Assembly: GCA_963842525.1 (NCBI GenBank)
Contig: CAWJGT010000019.1
Coordinates: 96,001 to 160,000 of the forward strand
Direction: 5' to 3'
Length of the DNA: 64,000 bases
DNA from: an uncultured Holophagales bacterium
GTDB taxonomy: Bacteria > Acidobacteriota > Thermoanaerobaculia > Multivoradales > UBA5704
The notes below the pieces were generated by a model, which was not told the origin of the DNA, did not search any database, and saw only the letters and a list, made by a program, of their open reading frames with translations. Positions 9,568 through 19,613 of the stretch are shown piece by piece. The position numbers and the translations under genes are program-made. Numbering within the stretch: position 1 is the first letter of the stretch; each line of letters starts with the position of its first letter.

Positions 9568-10810
9568 GTGAGCGAACACGAGCACGTGGCCCGGATGAGT
9601 CCGCAATCTCGAAGGGGGACTTCCCCGGACCAGCAAGGGCCATCTTGCAAAAGCTTAAAGTCTCCAGCAAGCCTGCTGGAGTTGCCTGCTGCACACGCAC
9701 GCCATCGGGCGGCTCTAGAGAGCGGAAGCGCCCAGTTTCTGGGACCCTGGCGTTCGCTGAGACGGGTGGGGGCGTTCTCGCCCTCACTTGGAAAGGCGAC
9801 ATGGCTCTGACAGGTCTAGGGGTTTACGAGGCTCTGCTGGCGCAAGCTTGGGCTGTCCGCCTTCACGATCCTGAAGAGATGGTCCACTTGGCAAGGCTGC
9901 TCTCCAACTTGCCGAGGCGTTCGATCCACACAAGCATGGGACGCGACAGGTGGCCGACCTCCAAGCGCGAGCTTGGGGCGAGTTGGCCAACGCCTACCGT
10001 GTCGCTGACCGCCACAAGGCTGCGGCGGATCTTTCGGAAAAGCCATGCTATTATTCAGCAGGGAACGGGTGACCTCTTCCTGCATATTCGGTTGTTCGAC
10101 CTTGAGTGTTCCCTTCATGGGGCCACGCGGAAGTATCGTTTTGCCCTAGAAAAGACTGTCCTTGCTTCCTGAAATGTACCGCCGCATCGGCGAGTTCCAT
10201 CTTGCTGGGCGTGCGCTCATCATACAGAGCGCTTTATACGTTCTATAGTGGCAAGGCTGAAGAGGCGGTACGCCTCAACACGGCAGGCCTCAACTTGATA
10301 GACCAGGTTCGGGATCCCATTCTGTTCATGATGGCGGTGCACAACCAGCTTCTCTTTCTTGTAGATCTCGGCCAGTGTGACAAGGCGAAGCGTGTCCTGT
10401 TTGAAAATCGCCAGCATCTTTTGTACGAGAATCGGATTAGGGCCCTGAGGCTTCGGTGGCTGGAGGCCCGGATCAGCTATGGTCTCCAGGAGCTGTTGAG
10501 CGCGGAAATCGCTTTCCGGGAGACACGGGACGGCCTTGCCAAGCTCGACCTCATGTTCCACTCAGGCCTCGCCTCGCTCGAGCACGCCATGGTCCTGCTG
10601 GTCCAGGGGCACTTCGAAGAGGCGGAAAATGAGGTGCAGGACGTCCTGGAAGTTTTTATCGGCTCTGATTTCAACATCGAGTACCTGGGTGCGGTGAGCT
10701 TTCTCCGCGAAACATTTCGGCTGCGCGTCATAACGCCGGATTTCATGGAAACGACAGTGGCCCATATCCGTCGCACGGAAATCGAGCTCGGGATACGGCC
10801 AACGTTATGA
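9568..10810 (+). CDS. All-helical TPR-like protein (several frameshifts; may be a pseudogene)
   Basis: Segments across frames: YEALLAQAWAVRLHDPEEMVHLA, QARAWGELANAYRVAD, QGTGDLF, AVHNQLLFLVDLG, LRLRWLEARI; AAGGAG RBS before GTG 9568; lower GC than the flanks. Confidence 0.7.
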
Positions 10811-11297
10811 GTTACCCTGACCACATCGTAGTACGACCCGCCACCCAGGCCGACAAGGCCTTCGTGCTCGCCCTCGTGCCCAGGCTGCGAGCGTTCGGTC
10901 CCTCCGTTTTGCGGCCTCTCGAAGCGCTCGACGCCAAGGAGACGCGGGTGCTCGGGCAGGCTTTCGATGCGTTGCCTGCCGGCGCGGTTCTCCTGATCGC
11001 TGAAGACCCGAACGACGGCCCGCTCGGTGTCGCCTATGCGGAGACGGCGGCCGACTACTTCACCGAGGAAGAGCACGGCCATCTGGCGATCCTTGCCGTT
11101 GCCGAAGCGGGAGAAGGCCGGGGCGTCGGGCGTGCGCTGCTCGCTGCCGTGGAGGGTTGGTCGGCGGATCAGGGATACCGGTTTCTCACTCTCAGTGTCT
11201 TTTCAGGGAAATACCAGGGCCCGATCGGTTTACGAGCGGAACGGCTACGAGCCCGATTTACATTCGGTACGTCAAGGAGATCGGCAGGACGCGGTAG
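10807..11297 (+). CDS. GNAT-family N-acetyltransferase (apparent indels in T runs near 11200 and 11258)
   Basis: LAVAEAGEGRGVGRALL motif A; GNTRARSVYERNGY follows in the next frame. Confidence 0.85.
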
Positions 11298-11301
11298 AAG
11301 A

Positions 11302-11467
11302 TCCTCACCCCCTAGCCCCCTCTCCCATCTCCCTTCCACCCCCCTCCGGGAGAGGGGGAACGCATCCTGGGCTGCCGTGCCTGACCTCGCCAAACCGCCC
11401 CAGCAAGGTTCCCCCTCTCCCGGGGTAGGGAGGGTGGGAGATGGGAGAGGGGGCCAGGGGGTGAGGA
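11302..11467. repeat. REP-like inverted repeat (CCTCACCCC..CCCTCTCCC family)
   Basis: Terminal arms TCCTCACCCCCTAGCCCCCTCTCCCATCTCCC / GGGAGATGGGAGAGGGGGCCAGGGGGTGAGGA between convergent genes. Confidence 0.85.
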
Positions 11468-11509
11468 CCTTTGGCCCCGCCTGCACCAGGATTTCCAAAC
11501 GCTCTTGGT

Positions 11510-12046
11510 TCAGCCTTCGCCGTTTTCCCGCTCCAGGCCGGACGGCTCGGCGGCCGGTGAGGGGGCGACGGCCTTGCTGGCCTTCTCCTTGGCCTCGAAC
11601 AGCTCCCGCACCTCGCTCCGGAGGCTCTCCAGCATCTTTTCGATGTCCTGGCGCGGCAGGGCAGCAACCTCTTGCCTCTCTTCCCGTTTCGGCTCCGGCG
11701 CTTTCTCCGGGGGGCCGACGACGCGCGGCGGACGCGGCTGGAGGCGCTCCAGCATGCGGCGCAGCCGTTCTCCTGCAGAGCTGGCCGCGGCCGGCTCGGC
11801 ATAGGCGAGCTCGAAGAACTCCCAGAACTCGAGCCCGACCGCCCGGACGACCTTCAGGATGAATTCGAGCTTGGGCTCTCCATCACCCTTGAAGTTTTTG
11901 ACCGTGGTGGCGTGATTGAGGCCGGCGCGCCGCTCGATATCGCGGTTCGTGTACCCAAGCATCCGCACAAGGGTGCGGAGCACGTCCATCAGGCGCTGCA
12001 CCTCTTCCTGGATGGACTCCTCGTCCACTTGCTCTGTGTTCTTCAT
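11510..12046 (-). CDS. XRE-like helix-turn-helix transcriptional regulator
   Basis: LVRMLGYTNRDIERRAGLNHATTVKNFKGDGEPKLEFILKVVRAVGL fits an XRE HTH pattern. Confidence 0.75.
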   Translation of the reverse strand: MKNTEQVDEESIQEEVQRLMDVLRTLVRMLGYTNRDIERRAGLNHATTVKNFKGDGEPKLEFILKVVRAVGLEFWEFFELAYAEPAAASSAGERLRRMLERLQPRPPRVVGPPEKAPEPKREERQEVAALPRQDIEKMLESLRSEVRELFEAKEKASKAVAPSPAAEPSGLERENGEG

Positions 12047-12052
12047 GGAGAG

Positions 12053-12081
12053 AGTCTAGGGCGGTCTTGTTGCGGAATCAA
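12053..12081 (-). promoter_or_regulatory. Sigma70-type promoter, probably leaderless
   Basis: TTGATT, 17 nt, TAGACT, ending 6 nt before the ATG at 12046. Confidence 0.6.
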
Positions 12082-12200
12082 GAGTCGCCGTTAGATTTTT
12101 CTTAACGCACTGCAAGGACCGCTGGTATAACAGCGGCGCAGCGATTTCCGGAGCCAAGAATTTACGCCTGTGACGAAGAGCCGCTCACGCGGCCGGAGCA

Positions 12201-12555
12201 CCAGCGTTTCCAGGTCGTCCGGATCGGCGGCAGGTCCGAAGATCCAGCGTTTCCAGGTCGTCCGGATCGGCGGCAGCTCCGAAGATCCGGCAGACATCGC
12301 TCTCCAGGACGTTTGAAGGACCCGCGGTCCGCGTCACCGGGACCACGAAGCGCGGCGCCGGACTTGCGCTCCCCGCGGGCGCGGACCGCAGGTCCCGTGA
12401 CTGGACCCGGCAGTAAGCGTCTGGACCTACGGTCCGCGTCACAGGGAGCACGGTCCGCATGACTGGACGCACGGTCTGCAGAGCCGGACCGGCGGCCCCA
12501 GTCACCCGGAGCGGAAGACGGCGACGGGCTTGGCGGTCCGGGTCACCGGCACCGG
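12201..12555. repeat. 43-bp direct repeat (x2) followed by a degenerate 21-bp-period array
   Basis: CCAGCGTTTCCAGGTCGTCCGGATCGGCGGCAG at 12201 and 12244; CGGTCCGCGTCAC-type units at 12325, 12430, 12451, 12472, 12493 and 12534. Confidence 0.75.
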
Positions 12556-12645
12556 GAAACGCGCGGCCGGGCTCGCGAGACGCAGAGGGCTCAGTTGTCG
12601 CGGCGCTGGGTGGGATACCGGCCGCGGATGTTCTGTGAGATGAAC

Positions 12646-12827
12646 CCTTTCCCCCGGGAGAGGGGGGAAAAGACACTGCCAAAGTAGTTTTTGGGCGGGG
12701 GCTCCCCTCTCCCGGACGGGTGTGAGTGCGGGTGGGAGAGGGGCCGGGGGTGAGGGGCCAGGGCGGCCGGGCGGAGGCGCCCCTCTCCCGCTCGGGGTGG
12801 GGGGCGGTGGCCGCGCGGGGGAGGGGC
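12646..12827. repeat. REP-like cluster
   Basis: CCCCTCTCCC..GGGAGAGGGGCCGGGGGTGAGGG and related hairpins. Confidence 0.75.
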
Positions 12828-13849
12828 TACAGGATCGTGCCCGTGAGCATGATCTCGATGATGGGCTTCTTGGGGCTGTCCGTGTGGAGCGTGATCTTGT
12901 CGTTGATCGGCCCCTTGCCCATCTCGGGCTTCAGGGTGAGCTGCACCTGGTACTCGCGGCCTTCCTGGAGCGCCTCGATCTTGGCGTCGATGCCCTTGAC
13001 GGTGTCGACGCTGGTGATCCGGATCGGCTCGGTGGAGAAGGCGCGGACGTTGATGACCGTCTTCCTGGGCTCGGTGAGCTCGAGGCTGCCGAAGTTGGCG
13101 GTCGGCGGGGTGACGGCGATCACCGGCCGGACGAAGCCGGAGATGGGGATCTGCACCAGCTTCTGCCGCGGATGGTTGATGTGGACGAGCAGGAAGCCGG
13201 TCAGCGCGCCGACCGGAGCCGCGTCGTGGTCGAGCGTCATGTCGATCTTCCACTGCCGGCCCGGGGCATCGGCGTTCCGCTCCTCGGCCGTGGCTTCATG
13301 GAAAGCCACTTTGAGGTACGGGTAGGGCGACTCGACCTTGACGATCTCCAAGGGAGCGCCCTCCGGCGACCAGAGGCTCTGGACGATGCTGCCCTTGGCC
13401 TTCTCGCCCTGGACGGTGATGTAGCGGGCGTAGCCGGGCTTGACCTGGACGAACGGCTCGACGGTGGCGCGGACGGTGAGCTCGATCTGGGGGTTATCCG
13501 GATCGCTGGTGAAGACGGTGACCCCCTTGGCGACCGGTCCGTTGAAGGTGGCCGTATCGACTTCGACGTTGACCTTGCCGGTCTGCCCGGGTGCGATGGT
13601 GCGGTCGAATTTCGCGACGGTGCAGCCGCAGGACGCCCGCACGTCCGTGATCTCGAGCGGCGTCTTGCCCTCGTTGCGGATCTCGAAGTCGTGGGCGACC
13701 TTGTCCCCCTTCGGCACCACCCCCACGTCCTTGATCGGCTCGGCGACGACGGCCTTGGGACCGGCGGGAGCGCCCTGGGCGAGCAGGGAGGCCGCGACGA
13801 GCATGACGGCGCAGAGTGTCAGAATGGCGGTTTTCAGGTGACGTTTCAT
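12827..13849 (-). CDS. Secreted DUF1573 (Ig-like) domain protein
   Basis: Signal peptide; FEIRNEGKTPLEITDVRASCGCT..IAPGQTG motif. Confidence 0.85.
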   Translation of the reverse strand: MKRHLKTAILTLCAVMLVAASLLAQGAPAGPKAVVAEPIKDVGVVPKGDKVAHDFEIRNEGKTPLEITDVRASCGCTVAKFDRTIAPGQTGKVNVEVDTATFNGPVAKGVTVFTSDPDNPQIELTVRATVEPFVQVKPGYARYITVQGEKAKGSIVQSLWSPEGAPLEIVKVESPYPYLKVAFHEATAEERNADAPGRQWKIDMTLDHDAAPVGALTGFLLVHINHPRQKLVQIPISGFVRPVIAVTPPTANFGSLELTEPRKTVINVRAFSTEPIRITSVDTVKGIDAKIEALQEGREYQVQLTLKPEMGKGPINDKITLHTDSPKKPIIEIMLTGTIL

Positions 13850-13927
13850 ACGGCCGCTCCTTTGAAGACAGCTTGTGAAGCCTCAGGGGAATGCTACACT
13901 CGGCCCCTTTAAACGAGAAGAACCCGC

Positions 13928-15356
13928 GTGAAATTCCGGCAGCTCGACATCTATTGCCTCGCGATCGGCGGTACGGGGATGGCTCCGCTTGCCTGTCTTC
14001 TGCAAGCGCAGGGCCATCGTGTCCGTGGCACGGACGGCCCCCTGTACCCACCCATGTCCACCCTTCTCGAGGCGGCTGGGGTCAATCCTTCCGTCGGGTA
14101 CGACCCTGCCCACCTCGAGCCCCGGCCCGACCTGGTGGTGGTCGGCAACGCCATCCATCGCAACAACCCCGAGGCGGTCGAGGCTGAACGGCTCGGTCTC
14201 GAGCGGATCTCGATGCCGCAGGCGCTGGCGCGCTTCTTCCTGGAGCACCACCGGCCGCTGGTGGTGGCGGGGACGCATGGCAAGACGACGACCACGGCCA
14301 TGGCCGCCTGGGTATACACGGCCTGCGGCGCGGATCCCGGCTATCTGATCGGCGGCGCGCCGCAGGACCTGCCGGCCAGCTTCCGCGACGGCGCCGGCGA
14401 GCGTTTCGTCATCGAGGGGGACGAGTACAACGCGGCCTATTTCGACCGCGGCCCCAAGTTCCTGCACTACCGGCCGGACACGCTGATCCTCACCAGCGCC
14501 GAGTACGACCACGCCGACCTCTACCCCACGCCGGAGGCACTGTTCGCGGCGTTCGGAAGCCTGATCGACATCGTGCCCGCCAGCGGGCTGCTGGTCGCCT
14601 GCGGCGATTCGGCGCAGGTCCGCGAGCTGGCGGCGCGGGCGCGCTGCCGGGTGGTCTTCTACGGGCTCGACCAAGGGAATGAAATCCGGCCGGCCGGCCC
14701 GGTCGAGGCGCTGCCCGAGGCGAGCCGCTTCCGGGTGCTCGACCCGGAGGCCGGCGAGGTCGAGGTGACGCTGCCGCTCGCCGGCGAGCACAACGTCTCG
14801 AACGCGCTGGCGGTCTGGGCCGCGGCACGGCGCGACGGCCTGCCCGCGGCCGACGTCGCCGCGGCGTTCGGCCGTTTCCATGGCGTCAAGCGGCGGCTGG
14901 AAGAGCTGGGGACCGGCCGGGGCGTGACCGTGGTGGACGACTTCGCGCACCATCCGACCGCGGTGGACAAGACCCTCGGCGCGCTGCGCCAGCGCTATCC
15001 CGGGCGCCGCATCGTGGTGCTCTTCGAGCCACGGAGCCTGACGGCCGGCCGCGCCTTCTTCTTCGAGCCCTATCGGAGGGCCTTCGCCGGGGCCGACCGG
15101 GTGCTCTTCGCACCCACCTTCCACCACGAGCGGCTGGCACCCGAGGACAGGCTGGACTTCGGAGCGCTCGCCGCCGCGCTCCGCGCCGCCGGGGTGCCCG
15201 ACGACGCTCTGCGAGACCACGGACGAGGTTCTGCGTCGGGCCCTGGACGAGGCCCGCGACGGCGACGTCCTGGTCACCATGTCCTCCGGCTCGTTCGACG
15301 GCATGCCTCACCGGCTGGTGGAGTGGATGGCGGCCCCGGTGCCGCAGGCGCGGTAG
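13928..15356 (+). CDS. mpl: Murein peptide ligase Mpl (frameshift near 15205)
   Basis: IGGTGMAPLA, AGTHGKTTTT, IEGDEY, DHADLY, DDFAHHPTA and FEPRS motifs; C-terminus GDVLVTMSSGSFDG lies in another frame and ends at TAG 15356. Confidence 0.9.
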
Positions 15357-15365
15357 CTGCGCCAA

Positions 15366-15441
15366 AAGGACGCCAAGGACAACAAGGACAAGCAAGGACA
15401 ACAGGAGAAGCGTCCCTGTTGTCCTTGGCGTCCTTGTCCTT
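15366..15441. repeat. Inverted array of 9-bp AAGGAC-core repeats
   Basis: (NNCAAGGAC)n followed by (GTCCTTGNN)n. Confidence 0.8.
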
Positions 15442-15442
15442 G

Positions 15443-15946
15443 TTACGCAGCAGTGACCATGGACGCCAGGATCTCTTCGAGCCTGTCGTAGCTCGCCTCC
15501 ACGCCGCTCTCCATGCCGGACTTGAGGACGCCGTCGCGCGCCTCTTGAGACTCGTAGACCAGCGTCTGCGTGAGGGTGGTCCTTCCGTCCTTCTCGTCGA
15601 AGGCGACCGTGCCTACGGCCTCGCCCGGGTACCAGGACTCGTCGAACTTCTCGGTGGAGACGATCCGCTCGGGCCGCACGATCTCGCGGTAGACGCCGCC
15701 CATCCCCATCTCGGTCCCGTCATTGTCACGCCGCCATACCCACCGGTAGGTGCCGCCCACCCTCAGGTCGACCTCGCACACGGTCATCGACCATCCCGGA
15801 AGGCCCCCCAGCCACCGCTTGAGCAGCTCAGGCCGGGTGAAAGCTTCGAAGACCATGGTGCGGGGCGCGTTGAAGGCGCGGGTCATTACGATCTCGCGCT
15901 CTCCCTGGGCAGTGACTTGCAATCCTCCGTCGTTCTTCATGGGCAA
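15443..15946 (-). CDS. SRPBCC/AHSA1-family protein
   Basis: REIVMTRAFNAPRTMVFEAFTRPELLKRW, DLRVGGTYR and SGMESGVEASYDRL motifs. Confidence 0.9.
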   Translation of the reverse strand: MPMKNDGGLQVTAQGEREIVMTRAFNAPRTMVFEAFTRPELLKRWLGGLPGWSMTVCEVDLRVGGTYRWVWRRDNDGTEMGMGGVYREIVRPERIVSTEKFDESWYPGEAVGTVAFDEKDGRTTLTQTLVYESQEARDGVLKSGMESGVEASYDRLEEILASMVTAA

Positions 15947-15952
15947 TCTCCT

Positions 15953-16330
15953 TTATTTCCTGGTGCGTGAAGGTTTTTTCGGCTTCGTCTTCATCTCGTC
16001 GAGCAGGGCGTCGAGCTGCTGGAACCTGGCCTCCCAGAACTGGCGGTAGCCCTCCAGCCACTCGGTGGCCTCCGCGAGCGGTTGGGCCTCCAGCCGGCAC
16101 GGCCGTCGCTGCGCGTCGCGGCCGCGCGAGATCAGGCCGGCGCGTTCCAGCACCTTGAGATGCTTGGAGATCGCCGGTTGGCTCATCGCGAACGGCTCGG
16201 CCAGCTCCGTGACCGACGCCTCACCCGAGGCGAGCCGGGCCAGGATCGCCCGTCGCGTGGGATCGGCGAGCGCCGCGAACGTCGCGTCGAGGTGGTTCGG
16301 GGGGAGGAATTCATAACTCGTCGGTTCCAT
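15953..16330 (-). CDS. ArsR/SmtB-family transcriptional regulator
   Basis: FAALADPTRRAILARLASGEASVTELAEPFAMSQPAISKHLKVLERAGLI. Confidence 0.92.
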   Translation of the reverse strand: MEPTSYEFLPPNHLDATFAALADPTRRAILARLASGEASVTELAEPFAMSQPAISKHLKVLERAGLISRGRDAQRRPCRLEAQPLAEATEWLEGYRQFWEARFQQLDALLDEMKTKPKKPSRTRK

Positions 16331-16348
16331 AACCGATATGTTATGGAA
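16325..16348. promoter_or_regulatory. Probable ArsR autoregulatory operator
   Basis: Perfect inverted repeat TTCCATAAC-N6-GTTATGGAA overlapping the start codon. Confidence 0.65.
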
Positions 16349-16375
16349 GAGGAGGGGCGGTGTCAAGCGCCCGAG

Positions 16376-16460
16376 AGGACGACAAGGACAGCAAGGACAC
16401 CAAAGAAACAAGGACATCAGGAGGATTGTCCTTGCTGTCCCTGTTGTCCTTGGCGTCCTT
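16376..16460. repeat. Second inverted AAGGAC/GTCCTT 9-bp array
   Basis: GACAAGGACAGCAAGGAC..GTCCTTGCTGTCCCTGTTGTCCTTGGCGTCCTT. Confidence 0.8.
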
Positions 16461-17352
16461 AGCGGGTGAGGGCCCTTTCCAGCACCTGCCCGGGATGGAG
16501 CTCTGGGAGCAGCAACGCCTCGCGCACGATGCCCAGGACCGCCTCTTCCGGCAGGAGGCCGATCACCTCGGTCTCCAGCACCCGGGCGCCGAGGGCCGCC
16601 GTCTCGCGGCGCACGCGGTCGAGGGCGGCGAGGACCGGCGTCTGCCGGTAGTCCACCAGGTTCATGCTGACCTGGGCCAGCCCGCGGCTGGCGAGGAAGA
16701 CCCCCATGGCGCGCACCGCGGGCAGCCCGCCGCCCGACGTACGGACCCGGCGGGCCACGGCGCGGGCGACCTCGACGTCGGCGGTGTCGAGCACGGCGTT
16801 GAAGGCGATGAGAAAGAAGCGCGCCCCGATCACGGTGACCCCGGCGGTGGGGTGGACGCGCGCCGGGCCGAAGTCCGGGGCCCAGGCCGGGTCGGCGATC
16901 TTGCCAGGGAAGCCTTCGAAGCCGCCGCGGCGGATCGCCGCCAGGAGGCGCCTCTCCGGCCGTCGCGCCGCGTGCTCGTAGAGGTAGACGGGCAGGGAGA
17001 AGCGTTCCGCCACGTCGCGGGCCAGGCGCTCCGCGGCGGCCACCGCCACCTCCATGGGCGTGTCGCCGAGCGGCACGAAGGGGGTCACGTCCACGGCGCC
17101 GACGCGAGGGTGGACTCCCTGGTGGCGGGTGAGGTCGACCTCGGCGAGGGCCGTCTCGTAGAGGGCGAGGAGGGACTGGTGGAGCCCGTCCGGCGTGCCC
17201 GCCAGGGTCAGCACCGTCCGGTTGTGGTCGGGATCGGAGGAGACGTCGAGGAGCCGGACGCCCGGTCCGGACGCCGCCGCGCCGGCCAGCCGGGCGATCA
17301 CCTCGGGGCGCCGGCCCTCGCTCACGTTGGGGACGCACTCGAGCGGCTGCAC
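16459..17352 (-). CDS. ftcD: Glutamate formimidoyltransferase
   Basis: LECVPNVSEGRR, DPDHNRTV, HQGVHPRVGAVDV, GARFFLIAFN and QVSMNL motifs; GTG start chosen (TTG at 17361 is the alternative). Confidence 0.92.
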   Translation of the reverse strand: MQPLECVPNVSEGRRPEVIARLAGAAASGPGVRLLDVSSDPDHNRTVLTLAGTPDGLHQSLLALYETALAEVDLTRHQGVHPRVGAVDVTPFVPLGDTPMEVAVAAAERLARDVAERFSLPVYLYEHAARRPERRLLAAIRRGGFEGFPGKIADPAWAPDFGPARVHPTAGVTVIGARFFLIAFNAVLDTADVEVARAVARRVRTSGGGLPAVRAMGVFLASRGLAQVSMNLVDYRQTPVLAALDRVRRETAALGARVLETEVIGLLPEEAVLGIVREALLLPELHPGQVLERALTR

Positions 17353-17453
17353 GCGCGGCAAAGTATAGCAACACCACGGGTTGTGCGGCGGCGAGGTCCT
17401 CTGTTAGGATACGCTCCAACTTTTCGGGCGCCTACAGCTTTTCCCTCAATGAG

Positions 17454-19613
17454 ATGAATTATTCCGGCAATCCTTCGCTGTCTTCCGACGTCCAGAAGCG
17501 GATCCTCGACACCTTCGAGCAGACGCTCGGCCTCGTCGAGGAGGGGAGCCGCCAGGAGGCACTCCTGGGCTGCGACTTCGTCCTCCGCATGGATCCCCAG
17601 TTCGAGCCGGCCCGGCGCCTGCAGGAACGCCTGCGCGCCAGCGCCGGCGCCGTGGTCGAAGTGGACGACCTGCGGCGCCAGCTCCAGGGCTCGGCCGCGC
17701 CGCCGCCGCCCCCCGCCGACAACGACCCCTTCGGCGGCCTGGACACGCTCGACCTCGACCTGCCCGAGCTGCCGGCCGACTTCCACGCCGGCCTGCGGCC
17801 GGAGCTCGAAGCGTTGCTCGCGCAGCGGCGCTTCCCCGAGCTGATGGCGCTCGCCGAGCGGGAGCGGGCCGCGGTGATGGCCGATCCCGGCCTGCTGCAG
17901 GTCATCGAGCAGGCGCAGAGCCGGATGGAGGCCGAGCCGTATGTGACGAAGTTCGCGGCGTCGGCGCGCGCGGCCCTCCAGGCCGGGCAGGACGGCGAGG
18001 CCGGGAAGCTGATCGAGAAGGCGCGGGCGCTGGACCCCTCGCATCCTGTGCTGGCCGAGTTGGAGGCGGCGCGGCGGTCCGCGGCCGGTATTGGAGGGGG
18101 CGGGCTGGCCGCGCCGGAGGACATGGGGTTCGACCTGAGCCTCGACGCGGATCCGGAGATGGGCCTGGGGGCCGCTTCCGAGACGAGCTTCGGCTCCCTC
18201 GGCCTGGACCTCGACGAGCCTGCGCCGGCCGCGGTCCCAGTTCCGGCCGCGGTCCCGGCCGCGGGTGCGAAACTGTTCGCCGGCACGGAGAACGAGCCCG
18301 AGCCGCGGATCCGCGAGCTGCTCGCGGAAGGGCAGAAGGCCTTCGCGGCCGGCGACCCGCAGAGCGCCATCGACGCCTGGTCCCGCATCTTCCTCATCGA
18401 CATCGACCACCAGGAGGCGGCGCGCCGCATCGAGATGGCGCGCAAGGTGCGGGCCGAGAAGGAACGCCAGGTGGAAGAGATTTTCCACGAGGGCGTGGAC
18501 AACCTCGCGGCGGGCGACATGGAGGGAGCCAAGCGATCCTTCCAGCGGGTGCTCGAGATCCAGCCGGCCTTCTTCCAGGCCCGCGAGTACCTGCAGCAGC
18601 TCGAAGCCGGGCACGTCCCGGTCATCGCCCACAAGGCGACGACCCGCGAGACCATGGCGCCGCCGCCGCCGGCCGAGGTGCTGCCGGGCCTGGACGACCT
18701 CGGAGGCCCCTCCGAGCTCAAGGAAGAGATCCTGGTCCCGCCCGATCCGGGCGAGATGCCCGCGAGGACGGCCGAGCGGAAGCCCAGGGCCGCCGCCGGT
18801 CCGGCGCGGGAAGGCAAGGCGCGCCGCCTCTTCGTCGTGGTCGGGACCGCAGTGCTGCTGCTGGTCCTCGGGGGCGGCTGGTACGTCTACCAGAACCGGG
18901 AGCAGCTCTTCCCCAACTCGCAGGCGCCGGAGGAGGCCTCGACCCCCGAGCCCGACCCGATCACCCGGGCCGTCGCCCTCCAGCGCGCCGGCAAGACCTC
19001 CATGGCCGTCTCGCAGCTCAAGCGGATGCTGCCGTCCGATCCCCAGTACCAGCGCGCCCAGGCCCTGATCGCGGAATGGGAGGGCACCGCCGGCTCGGGC
19101 TCGGTTGCGCCGTCCGCGCCCGCCGTGCCGGTCGCCCTCTCGGAGGAGCGGCTGGCCCTGCTCGCCTCGGCGCACCAGGCCCATACCGAGGGAAGCTATC
19201 TGCGCGCCATCGAGCTCCTGAATCAGGCCGCCGCCAAGGCCAAGCTGGAGCCGGCCGAGAGCGAGCTGCTGGCCGACGCCAAGCGCAAGATCGAGCCGAT
19301 CGCGCCGCAGCTCGAATTCTTCCGCCAGCAGGAGTGGGAATACGTCATCCCCGAGCTCTGGCGGAAGCACGAGGCCAACCCCGGCGACCGCGACGTCAAG
19401 CGCCTGCTGGTCGATTCCTATTACAATCTGGGATTGCAGGACCTCCAGGGGACCGATCCGACCAAGGCGGTGGAAAAGTTCGAGGAGGCCAGGAAGCTCG
19501 CGCCCGAGGACGAGATGATCCGCCGGCAGCACGCCTTCGCGAAGACCTACGAGGAGCGACCGATCGACCTCCTCTACCGCATCTACGTCAAGTACCTCCC
19601 CTTCCGCTCATGA
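17454..19613 (+). CDS. Single-pass membrane TPR protein
   Basis: TPR-like segments (AIDAWSRIFLID, YYNLGLQDL) on both sides of one TM helix; high-GC codon usage. Confidence 0.8.
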   Translation: MNYSGNPSLSSDVQKRILDTFEQTLGLVEEGSRQEALLGCDFVLRMDPQFEPARRLQERLRASAGAVVEVDDLRRQLQGSAAPPPPPADNDPFGGLDTLDLDLPELPADFHAGLRPELEALLAQRRFPELMALAERERAAVMADPGLLQVIEQAQSRMEAEPYVTKFAASARAALQAGQDGEAGKLIEKARALDPSHPVLAELEAARRSAAGIGGGGLAAPEDMGFDLSLDADPEMGLGAASETSFGSLGLDLDEPAPAAVPVPAAVPAAGAKLFAGTENEPEPRIRELLAEGQKAFAAGDPQSAIDAWSRIFLIDIDHQEAARRIEMARKVRAEKERQVEEIFHEGVDNLAAGDMEGAKRSFQRVLEIQPAFFQAREYLQQLEAGHVPVIAHKATTRETMAPPPPAEVLPGLDDLGGPSELKEEILVPPDPGEMPARTAERKPRAAAGPAREGKARRLFVVVGTAVLLLVLGGGWYVYQNREQLFPNSQAPEEASTPEPDPITRAVALQRAGKTSMAVSQLKRMLPSDPQYQRAQALIAEWEGTAGSGSVAPSAPAVPVALSEERLALLASAHQAHTEGSYLRAIELLNQAAAKAKLEPAESELLADAKRKIEPIAPQLEFFRQQEWEYVIPELWRKHEANPGDRDVKRLLVDSYYNLGLQDLQGTDPTKAVEKFEEARKLAPEDEMIRRQHAFAKTYEERPIDLLYRIYVKYLPFRS

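Noticed and set aside
15357-15970. C-terminal extension of the 680-aa mpl ORF
   Set aside because: Artefact of the frameshift; the extension is antisense to the SRPBCC gene.
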